Assembly: GCF_018977255.1 (NCBI RefSeq)
Contig: NW_024704743.1
Span: 100,256,001-100,320,000 of the forward strand
Source of the DNA: Callorhinchus milii
Lineage: Eukaryota
Length of the DNA: 64,000 nt
Reading direction: 5' to 3'
Shown here piece by piece: positions 25,928 through 37,270 of this stretch. The notes under the pieces are model-generated. The model worked only from the letters and a program-made list of their open reading frames with translations. It was not told where the DNA came from and made no database searches. Position 1 is the first letter of the stretch; every line of letters begins with the position of its first letter. The translations under genes and the position numbers were made by a program.

Positions 25928-27279
25928 TGTCAAAGAAGTTTTCCCTTAGCACTACACTGGGATATCAGTGTATAGTGTAAGCTCAAAGTTATGTTGTAGA
26001 GCTTGAACCCGCAACCACTGACTCAAAAGAGGGCTACCAATTGTAACCGATACTTACAACAGCATTGTAAACCGTTTGTATATTGAAAATTTACTCTATT
26101 ATAATTTTGTCACGCTTCATTGAAATAAGGATTTTATCAGACTGTTCATTTTAGCCTGAGAATTTTTCCATATTGGATCCACAACCAATGTACAGACCAC
26201 CCAGCTTGACTGTGGTTGACATTCACCATCTGTGTAGTGGCTACAACTCAGACATGTTGTCAGAATGGAACCAAGTGCTAATAGAGTGGTAGTTACTATT
26301 AGTGATTAATCAAATTGCAAGGCTCTTCAGTTGGCATTTCTCCTATCTACTTTCTTGAAGTTGGTGAGTGACATGTGCTGAGAAGGTTCCTCGGAGGCAG
26401 CTTGCTCAAACTGTCATTGTTGGTGCATGAGCTGGCTACAAACATCAGTGGTTCATTTAGCCATAAGAGGTATCACTATCAAGCCCATTTGCTGCACTCA
26501 GCCTACCATTGGATGGTCATCAGGAGCTGAACTTTTCATCTTCCAGACCAGAGAGACCGAAGACAATTGTAGGGCTATTATCACCACTGGGATTAGAGGA
26601 TAACAAGGAGAGAACTTCGAAGCGCTTTGAGACGTCTAAAAGACATGAAAAGCGCTATATCAAATGCAAGAATGATATTATATAATGTTCCATTTTGCAT
26701 TCTGCAAAATTTTTGAGCAACATTTCATATCATTTCAGAAAACGTGCTTCAAACCCTTGCAGAGTCATAAAGCTTTTGTGGGTAGGAAGCTTACAGTGAA
26801 GGTACAATAGATGAAACTACCCCACAATTTTACAGGTTATAATAATACTCGCATTTGATAGAGCACCTTATCACATTGTTAAAATGTCTCAAAGAGCCTC
26901 AAAAGATTTACAGTAAAGTGTAGTGACTGTGGATTCTGTGGCAGGTGCTGTCTGCCTGGTCAGGCAGATGTTAATCATTCCATTGCACTATTTGCAAAGA
27001 GAAGGGAGTTTCTCCAGGTGTCCTGGATTACTGCTATGGAACATCACGGAGTGCAAAATTGGCTGCTTCATGTGCCTCAGTGTTTGTACACACACACTTT
27101 ACAGCAAATCTTATGAAGCACTTAGTGATGTCTTCCCAATGTGGAACGCGCTTTGTCTTTCAAATGCATGAATTATTATTATTATAAGGAAACATTTTCA
27201 AGTAAAGCAGTCCACTAAACAAGCTACAATTTGAGAATGGGCACTTCAGCAGCACAAACGATGCCAAACACATAGCTCT

Positions 27280-29647
27280 GAATTGTAAGTGTACATCATT
27301 TTAATTCAGTAATTTCAACTTTTTTTACATCATGGGAAACATTTAATTATTTACAGAAAACTTCAATTGGAATAATCAACTTCCTACCAATGCACAAACT
27401 GCTTTGGAATAGCAGATATCCATTCCAAGTTTCTCCAATGATTTGCTCTCCTTTCAGTAACCAGTACTATTTTTAAGTGTGCACTGTAGTTTACAAAGAA
27501 ATCTCTGGACACACATATGTTAAGGATCCCATTTACATTTAAACAATAAATACAAATGAGGTAATGAAAAGTTAACAGCTTTCAAATAAACAATATAGAA
27601 TAATCTAACATAATATTACAACATTATATTTGAATCTGAACAACAACAGGTTACTCACTAGCTTTGATGATGGTTTGTCTGAATCGTTTGTGTCTTTATT
27701 TTTGATCGACGACCAAATACAAGCGGGTTCATCTCTGGCCACACAAAACAATTCACAGATTTCCTTTCGTTGCATATGAAAAATAATCTTATGCACAGCT
27801 AGTGAATTTTACGGGGAGCGTGTGCATTCTGACAGAACAGTTCTACAGATCCGTACTTTCAACAAAAGCAAGGAGTGAAGGGTGACGGTCACATATTGCC
27901 TCCTTCAACTAAGGTGGATACGTACAAAGGTGTGTCGGAGAATGGTGCCAATTGTCCAAACCAGTGTTGAGAACAATTGATGGGAAATGCCAACAATGAG
28001 ACAAAGAGAGCTTCTCTTTTGCTTGCGTTTGATGTTCTCCCAAATTCACAGTAAAGTTTCATCACTAATGAACACCATTGCCGGATTTTCAAATTAACAT
28101 TTACAATGTGCATAAATAGTGCACAGTACAGAGTGCATTAAATAAGTACTTTTTATCTTATATATGAAGTAAAGTACATATCAGCAGAAAGGAGGCTGAG
28201 GAATCATTTTCTGCCCATACTGTACTTCAATTAACTTTTTTATAAAATGACTTTTATATCAAATGTGTGCATCACAGGTTATTGAATCTAGCCACAGATC
28301 CCAAATTCTTTAAAATATAATATTGCAGAAAATGAAAGAGCTTAGCACACTGACAAAGGTACATTACATGTGACTGGTAATTTTACTCCAGCAGAACACA
28401 TTTTGATCAAAAACATGTACAAAACTAACACTGAATAGGAGTTTGATTTCCTGGTGTTGTGAGTCAAAGGGAAATTGATAAGTCTTTAGTAAAAAATAAT
28501 TTAGACATCCAAAGGAACAGCACAGTTTATCCCCACAGTACTGCTTAGCATCTCAACAAAGAATCGCTGTCCCTTTATCTGGGGATTTCAAAAGCAGGTA
28601 GATCTCACTACAGGTGTTGTGACCAAGAATTATAGTGGTTTTTTAAAAGCCACTCATCTGTTACACTGCAGTGGCCCATCTCCAAAGCAATACGCTGATC
28701 TTACAACCTTCCTCATTTCACTTCCTATTTTCCTACATCTGTCACCAATTAAAAGGTATAACGGTAGCAGTCCGATAGCAAAAGGAAGGATGTCTAACAT
28801 CTGCCTTCTGCACATTCTGGAATGCAAAAACTAAAAGCTCTCTTTCCAAGCTATTATTGGTCCTTGTATCTGACCACTTTAGCAGATGAAGATCCACATT
28901 ATTAAATCGGATACTCATGACTCGGTTTTCAGTGTATATCTAGATGCCTCTGTGTTTAGTGTTTAATGCATTACTGGGTGATCCCTATGCTGGTGAACAC
29001 AGACGGATCCTTAAGGTGATGCCTTTCAAGGAATGGGATAACGTTCTGTACAAACGAAAGTGGCTTGGACACATGTATGGTATTCTGCTGTCAAAATGCA
29101 ACTACAAAAGTGTGAGGAGTCAAAAGGTACATACTCCATCCACCCTGAAATCAGCCCTAAATCCTACCATCTATGATTAGGAAGACACGAATTCCCCATA
29201 AGATCTTTTAAGCAATACTAAAACTATTGACTTCTATTGCCGTGCACACGACATTAAGTGGGAGTTCACCTGTATTTAAATTTGCCACTATATAGAATTT
29301 AGCCACTTAGGTGGATGAGTCGATGATGACCAAACACTGGATAGGAGTTACAAAAGTGCAACAGTATCAGATAGCACAAAGCCATGACTATGGCATGGCG
29401 GCGACCAAGTATTTTGCTATGTATCCAAGCATCAATGGTTGATTATACCAAAAGAGTTTCCAATCCTTTTCTTGGGGCTTGTGAAGAATGCCATGCCTGC
29501 TGATAATTGTCCAGATTATTTAATGTTCATATGGGTAAAGGGATACACTCTCTCTGGTCGTACCTCTGACAAATCTGTAAGCGTACAATATGTTACAACC
29601 AACCAATTTAAAAATCATAAGGTAATACAATCGCTCTCCAGTGTGGC
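27280..29647 (-). other. DLGAP1: Probable 3'UTR of the DLGAP gene
   Basis: About 2.4 kb repeat-free tract after the stop; minus-strand AATAAA at 27695-27700, ATTAAA at 27342-27347 and 27300-27305, Pumilio-type TGTAAATA at 27348-27355. Confidence 0.6.
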
Positions 29648-29863
29648 TTATAGTCTGGTCTGTGCTTCTGGGATGTAGATCTCGATGCTATCAGCACTTT
29701 CGGTGGCGGAGTTCTGCCTCACAGATGCTGCTCGCTTGGCAGCCATCAGCCTCTTGCGTGCCTCCTGCCTCTGTTTCTCTGTGGCTTCCAGCGATTTCTC
29801 CCGTTTGAAAGGAACCTGACCTTTTGGCGGTTTCTTTGGCACTGGAGGCGGAATTCTCTTCTC
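29648..29863 (-). CDS. DLGAP1: DLGAP (SAPAP/GKAP) last coding exon
   Basis: Acceptor ttcccgctgcag|GAG; EKRIPPPVPKKPPKG..QRQEARKRLMAAKRAASVRQNSATESADSIEIYIPEAQTRL*; QTRL is the Shank-PDZ ligand. Paralog number uncertain. Confidence 0.96.
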   Translation of the reverse strand, partial: EKRIPPPVPKKPPKGQVPFKREKSLEATEKQRQEARKRLMAAKRAASVRQNSATESADSIEIYIPEAQTRL

Positions 29864-32689
29864 CTGCAGCGGGAAATACAATAGAACATTCATCATTCAC
29901 CCGCTGCTCTGTTCTTCAGTCAGAAAATGTGGCAAAAGCCAACCTGAAGCACTCATCATCTCGCAAGATCAGCTCAGAAGTTGCTATGGTACTGAACTCC
30001 ATTCCTGCTGAGATTTATATGGAAGCATATCAAGTCATAAGTCAAATTACTCAGGTACTATAAAGCGACAATCAACATCCCCAAATTCACTCAGCATTTC
30101 TCTATTTCTGCTGGATTGCTGTAAGTACAAACCCACCCCCCAGCTTGGGCTTCCATTCAGCAGTGAAGCACTTTGAGACATATAAATGTAAATTGTTGTT
30201 GTGTTCCACTGAGGAATCTTGGCAAGAAATCGCTAGGCCCGAAAGTCCTGAATAATGAACAGAATAAACTTCAGGATATGCGGTTACCAAATGAGTGTTT
30301 ATCTTTTTTGAACAGAACTATTACAGCTCTGAAGCCTCAGCTATGCAGCACCATGTTTCTTTCCTGTTAATTTGGGCAGCAACTTGGTTTATGTTTCGAG
30401 TGTGTGGTTTTGAGGTCTTCTCCTTTTCCTGTTCTGCCGGAGTGCTGAACTGTTACATTCTTAAAAATGCAGAAAATAAAGATTAAATGAATATATATGT
30501 ATGTATTATATATAGTACTCCCCTATCATTTTGTGGATAACTGCAACACCCAGTGTGGTACAAATCAAAAAGGTCTCAAATTCAAATGCTTTCTGGTGCT
30601 AATCCAAGACTGGTTATAACGGGTTATAATTGCCACTGGGTTCCATGACTAAAGAGCATAGGTCTCAGCCAATGTTCCTGTTGTTTAGTTAGCAGCTGAT
30701 CAGGAAATAATTGTCAATTTTCCCATGTGACATCATGTAACAATGCTACGTTGGACTTTAGCCAGAAAGTTTCGATTTTTTGTTCGCTTGTGTCTGAGTG
30801 AGCTTACCTGGTGATGTTTTTCTCTGTGCTATTGCGTCAACCCTTGCATACATTCCACAGTGGAACCCATAAGCACTCGCACAGAGATCCTAGCAGGTAA
30901 TGGATATAACTGAAAAATTATATATGTTGAGGTAAAGGGGAATAAGTGAGAGAGAGACAAAGCAGTGCTGTCTGATAGTGAGCATCTCAACATCGGTTCC
31001 ACTCTTCCTGACTTAGGTACAAGTTAACCGTGGTGCAGAAGACATCAATGTATGAGCTCCATCCACACTTACAGTTTCCAACTCCTATTGTATTTACTAG
31101 CACAGACTGGTTGGGCCAAACAGCTTGTTCCCATGCCATCTCATTCTATGCTTCTTCTGTGAGGGATATAAATTGCCTCCAGACATTTGCATCCTCAATT
31201 TCACTATCCTTATTAGTATAGCAGGGAGAAGCCATCTGTGGCTGGAACTGAAGGAACAGATGGAAATCTTGGTCTTTCAAATGCTTGAACCACGTATTGG
31301 GATAAGTGCTTTACATTTTCAAATAGGGACAAGGATGCAAAGGGATGTAAATGTGCAAAAACCAGCAAAGGTAAGTCTGGGGGTCCAAATGTTTACAATG
31401 GTATCATTGGATGGGTCAAGGGTTCGGTTATACTTCCACAGTGGAAATCAATTAATGCCTTCTTTGCAGTGGACCAGGAGTAACAGCTGTTCATAGAAGT
31501 GGTTTGGTTCCTGACAACCAGACCTTATTTTGGAAGCCCATTAGTCGGAGGCAGAAAATCTGCAAAGCTCTACCTTGGGTTGTAGCTGACAAAGCTCGAA
31601 TCAATGAATCCACTGACTCACAAACCAAAATGGATTTTCACAAAAGCTGTGGACCCAGTGGAGGAAAACACTAAAAAGGTTTGTCTAGATGGAATGAATT
31701 CTCAGCTGAAGACTGGGTCGGTTGATGGTGCTAGGCACATGTCTGCAAGTGAGTCAAAGGATTCAGGCCTGACAGGGACATCCTTGAGAGATACTTGAAT
31801 ATAGATATTGGTGGGAATGTCATTATTCAACGCTGTCATCTAACACTGTATTGGTTTAAGATCTGGGTTTGGGAGGAGATGGAAGCTTGCGTTCTCATTG
31901 CGATTGAGGCCATTAGTGGTGAGTATGGATGGTATGTGTGCTCAGATGAACACTGTGTGGACATCTCGTGTGAACCTAGACAGGGAACGTAAGTGCACTG
32001 TGGCCCCTTTATGCTGATTTTATGTTACGTTTTGTCCACAAAACATACAGTCAATTCACTTTACAGTATATTCTGTGAAGCGCTTTGAGACGTCTCAAAG
32101 ATATGACAAGGCGCTATATCAAATGCAAGGATTATTATTATTTTGTACTAAGTTTGAGGCGCTCAATATGTAGAGCCAAACTGGAGACATTTACAAACTC
32201 TGGCATTTGTTCTCCACTTCTGAAATTTTCATGTCAGGAGCACATCTCAAAGTGCTTCACAGGATTAAATAAAGTACAGTGACTGTGTATTTTGAATAGC
32301 TCAGTGCTGCACTGAATGGAGCCTCTACCCCCCTAAGCCATTGTGGGAACGCATTAAATAGATCAAACAAGTTCATGCGTATTAAATTTATCTCCTCCGT
32401 GAAACAGGATATCCCTATTTGTGCAAGTCTACACTTAGCCTTGAGTTTGCTGGCAGCAGAGGACAGATTAATTTCAGACCAGCTGCCACTGAGGTGAGGT
32501 GTCTCGGCTTTCCCTCCACATTTGGAAGCCTGTCCTGATGCTCCAATAGTTCAGAATCAGTCAGGATTCATGGAGAATAAATGTGATGTACCACAAAAAC
32601 CTGTAAGGTAATGTCATTACAAGACGTAACCTAATACATGCAACCTAATACATCATTCCTTATGAATGTAGGGTGTTTTCCTTGTCAAA

Positions 32690-32990
32690 TTTCTCTTCCC
32701 TGACAGTATTTTGACTCCCATTTGTTTCTTTTCCTAGGGGATAGTTCCACATGCAACGGTCTGGCACCTCAAACATGGGTACTATTTATGGGAGCCTAGA
32801 CAGTGAGTGCTGACAGGCTGCTTGACCACAGACCAGCGTGCAGACAAGCTTGATCCTGTTTTCACCTGGCCCATTCCAGACACTACAATACATTCTGCTG
32901 CACTTTCCAGTAGGAGACACGGATCAAGAGTGGGAAGCCAAGCTGATCAAAAACCTCCCTAGCCCAAGGGGGAAAGAGGTGGAGATTGGA
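32690..32990 (-). mobile_element. Old SINE (AmnSINE2-like, name recalled)
   Basis: gagcctagacagtgagtgctgacaggctgcttgacc..gcactttccagtagg..cctccctagcccaagggg is the reverse of the 22380 family. Confidence 0.55.
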
Positions 32991-35645
32991 GTCAAGAATG
33001 CTCTCAATTTCCCAATGCAATCTGGCAGATTCACCTCGGGGTGGTGGTGGGGGTGGGGTATGGTGGGGGGGAAGGTCATGCTCCTAAATTCTACAGAAAA
33101 CCTGACTTTCTAGTCTGTCGTAATACTCGTGGTGATGTTCGGAGATCATTACTGTGTCACAGACTTGTACATGCAAATAGAGCATGAACACTGAACTCAC
33201 GATCCACACTTTTTTGCCTATATTATGCTGTGAAGTGCGTTAGGCTTGTTCACAATATAGGGGTGCATTTGCTTGTGAAGGTACAACTGCCATTGGCAGC
33301 ATTGCTGCTAGTTCCAGCGGGACTGGTAGCCATTGGCTGGGCTGGACTAAGAGCCAGACTTGTATGCAGCAGAGATCTGAATCTCTCCACCTACTCTTAG
33401 CCTCTAATTCCATTCACCTACAAAATAACAATGACAATAAATAAATCCATTAACAAATCCTGTAAATCTTAAAATTTTCGATTGCCCAAAATCACGCAAA
33501 TTACAGTTCTTTATAAGAACCATGAGAAAAAAAGATATCGCATTAGGACTGACTGTGTTAAAGTTCCACAATTCTGTGTGGCCTTAAATTTTAAAGCAAA
33601 ATGGACCACTGTGATGTAGTTTCTGCACTTATGACCTACAATGTCCTGTCCTGGAGACTGAGAAGGAATTGCAGCCTGAAGATAAGAGTAATTGAAAAAT
33701 GTTTGAAAGAAGTGGGCATGCCTGAACCTGCACATGCGCAACCATTTCTTTGCTTCCGGTAATTCAATGAATTGTCTAGTAGGATAAATGGGCAAAATTC
33801 CGCAGAACTGATACAGCTGAGAGTGCTTTAAGTGGTTTTCAATATAAATGTGACATTTATGCAAATTCGCTGTGACCGACACAGGAATGCAATGAAAATG
33901 ATTGTGGACTGTCCCGGTATAAATCTTGAAGCGCTTGACTGATAAGTTAACTCACCCAAGTAAGAATACTTTATAGGTGAGGCAAAGCCATGATTTGTTA
34001 GTAGTCTATCTCAATGCAGTGGACAACACATTAAAGTCTGCAGACATCCTTAACCCACTCATACCCTGGTGTGAACATCTCTACCTGGGCTCTCTCACAA
34101 TCTGAGAACAAAAGGCCAATTGCTGTTCTCCCACCACTTTCCCTCACCAGCTAATTCATCATTTGTCTCGTTCAAGCCAGTGACTTCCTGATCTGAATGG
34201 CTCTGTATCTACCCAGTAAGCCACTGAATGTTCTGTATGGGTACCCTATAAAAATGTGTGTTGCTTCGGAAAAAGTTAGCATGGAGGGTGGGAATGTGCA
34301 ATTTGTTCAACAGAAATATATACTGCGCACAGTAAAACAATAACTAACTTCAAATAACAGAATGCCTGTTAGAATTGTTACACAAACCAGAGCTTTTAAG
34401 CTATAACGGGGTTTGGTAGTGCAGTGTAACCCCACTAGAACATGGCCATCTGAGTCCAATCTCTCATGCTCCACGTTGTTGTAAAGGATAGGTAAATGGC
34501 CAACTTCTGGCTCATCAGATCACTGTCGATGTCACTTCCTGAACATACACGCAAAGCGCAGGAAGTGCCATTCGTCAGTGGGCCATGTACACACCTGTCA
34601 GTGAACATAGGAAATTATGTCGACCATTTTTTTAATGTGGGAAGTAGGCTGGTCTGCACACTAAAGCTAACCCTGGTTCACAGGGCACCTGGATTAATAA
34701 GTGAAACAGAGATTCAACAAGATAAATTCTAACAAGTTTCTACTTTATTTGGGGGGGAAATATGCCATATGTGATAATTTCACAAAGGCAGAATAAGAGG
34801 TCGTTATTGTCCCGTGTGTAACCAACAGGTCAAGTGCACTGGCTTCTCTAGGACTGAAAACTAAAAATAGCTTTCAAAGAAAAATATTCAAAGTTAAAAA
34901 GCTATCTTAGTGACAAGGATTCAAAAATCTAAATATTTAAAAATCCCATAATGCACTGATTTTGTTCTGAAGAGGCTGAGGGGGAAAACATTTGTCAGAA
35001 GTTTGGGGTTGGGCGAGGATGCTATGGGTGTCAGCCCTAAACCTGTTGCTACTGACATGTCAAAAATAATTGCATAAATCTGGAACCAGTTATAGTGCGT
35101 GGCTTGGGTCCACAATATCATACCCCATGATATAATGGGTTGTATTGTATTATGGTGCGGTCACCAGTGAGTGCTTTGCTGACATGACCGAACGTTAGTA
35201 CATGCAGCTCACTGAAAGCGGAAGTGTACTGCACTTTCAATATTCTGTGGATTCGCAGTGTGCCCATGTTATAAAAGGACCCATGATCGTTCGCCCACAA
35301 AATATACAGTCACTACACTTGACACTATATTCTGTGAAGCGCTTTGAGACGTCTCGAAGATGTGATAGGGGCCTATATCAAATGCAAGGATCATTATTAT
35401 ATACTGAAACATGGCAAACTGTTGGACTGTATTGTATCCGTGTGATGATTGTCATATCACATTCTACATATCTTCCCCTTATTGCAGATTATACAAGTGA
35501 TGAATTTTGCTAGGGAAGCTGGAAGATTTTGTTTGCCTATAAAAATAGCCACTACACTTGCCAGCAATTACCATGAAACAGTAGGTTTCAATGCTGTAAG
35601 GTACTGTAAAACTGTGTGTTCTGTCTGCCTTTTTATATTGTGTAC

Positions 35646-35798
35646 CTTCTTTTCAGGAAGTTCAACTTGCTTCCAGTTGTTTGCCTTCAGTTGGTGCAGC
35701 TCATCAAATTTCATACTGACATTTTCAATCGATAACTGCAGCATATCCCAAAACCCCGCCAAGTCCTGGGAGGTCAGCCGAGGGCAGGAATTTGGAAT
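35646..35798 (-). CDS. DLGAP1: DLGAP coding exon (GH1/GKAP domain), 153 nt, phase 0-0
   Basis: gcacag|ATT..AAG|gtaca; IPNSCPRLTSQDLAGFWDMLQLSIENVSMKFDELHQLKANNWKQVELPEKK. Confidence 0.95.
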
Positions 35799-36088
35799 CT
35801 GTGCACAGAGAGAAAAAACTTGGACATGTAAACTTGGCCCACGGAATTAATGTTTAGAAAAATCACACACTACACACCAACACACCTTGGTTATGTTTGG
35901 GATCTAATAGAGTAACATATTTGGATTTGCTGTACTTGTCCCAATGCATTCAGTAGAGGAGCTGTACAAAAGCTGGTGAGAGTAAACTATTCAGATCTGT
36001 GGCTGCCTGTGGGGCTGATTACTGTTATGGTTACGTTCACTTGGCCACAGACTGTGTTGGAATGCGGAGTAATGTAATATTCACGTAC

Positions 36089-36180
36089 CATGTTTTCTTC
36101 ACACAGTCCACTGAACTGCTGGAACTTCTGGGACATTAAGAGCTGAGCACTTCCGATTGCACTTCGGATTTTCCCCAGGA
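36089..36180 (-). CDS. DLGAP1: DLGAP coding exon (GH1 domain), 92 nt, phase 1-0; absent from the ORF track
   Basis: ttttaccttag|TC..ATG|gtacgt; (I)LGKIRSAIGSAQLLMSQKFQQFSGLCEENM. Confidence 0.95.
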
Positions 36181-36442
36181 CTAAGGTAAAACAATGGAAA
36201 GAGGAAGTGGTGTTCAGTCAACTTAAACTGAAGGTGCATGGCATAAAGTAACATTTTAACTCAGTACGTTTATGGGTCAGTGATACATAAAAAGGAGCCT
36301 TCAGAGTGGTATTAATGAAAAGTGATTAAATGCTGTGGATATTAAAGAGCATTGGAACAGCATCATGATTACCATATTTTATTATTGCTGTCATTATTTG
36401 TATTTTTCTATTAGAGAAACTTACAGACACCCAGGCTGCGCT

Positions 36443-37270
36443 GTCAGCTTGGCTCAGTTGATAGCACACTTGCTGCTGAATTGAAAATGTTGTTGGGACT
36501 TTGAACTAACAGTCTAGGCTAACGCACCCATACAATGCTGGGGTCTTCTTGGAACTGAACTGGCCCTAAGGTGACCCGCGTGGCAATGGAATGTTGGAAT
36601 CAAGCCAGTCCTCTCTGGTGGCCTCTCTGGTGGTCTCGGTAGTCTGGTTCCTGAGCCAGGTGGGTCCGCAGTATTCCAGTAAACTGCTGATGCCAGCCCA
36701 GCCAGCCTGATTCATCAGCAGGACCTGGAAGGGCAAACCCTGGGGGCAGGGAGTTAGGTAAGTTAGATAAATCAGCCCCAAGGCACTGGGGGCAGGGAGT
36801 TTAGTTACCTGATTACCGGCATTAGGTAAGCAGGATGCATCCTTCCAAGGAGAGAGCGCACATTCCATTCTGTCTCTGGGATTTCCATGTATAGGTGGGA
36901 TGCATGGAAATCTCAGCTTGGTTTGAATGCTTTGAAGCATAGTGATGGGTTTCCGCGTGTGCCAGACACCCGACCAAAACCAAATACTGGGGAAGTGCTG
37001 CATTGTTGAAGGTGCCATTCTTCAGATCAGGTCCTGTCTGGCTGTTCGGGTGCATATTAATGATCCCTTGGCACTATTCAAAAAGAGAATTTAGTTTTTC
37101 CTTGTGTCTTGGTCAACCCCAGATAAAACTGGCTGTTTGTGGGCATTGCTGTGCACAAGTTGGCAGTTCCGTTCGTCTACAAAAATACACAGACATTACA
37201 CTTTACAATATATCCTGTGAAGCACTTTGGAACATCTTCCTGTTGTGAAAGATGCTATGTCAAATGTAAG
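36443..37270 (+). mobile_element. Deu-domain SINE split by an insertion
   Basis: Head 36443-36543; body resumes at 36983 (actggggaagtgctgcattgttgaaggtgcc..gatcccttggcactattc..); (att)n tail. Confidence 0.8.
36544..36982 (-). mobile_element. Unclassified retroposon-like repeat, copy 3, with 10-bp TSD
   Basis: Homologous to 21548-22157; flanked by aatgctgggg (36534-36543) and aatactgggg (36983-36992). Confidence 0.75.

Noticed and set aside
16000..27200. A myosin light-chain or other coding gene between TGIF and DLGAP
   Set aside because: No EF-hand or other recognisable exons; the region is repeats plus short unique stretches.
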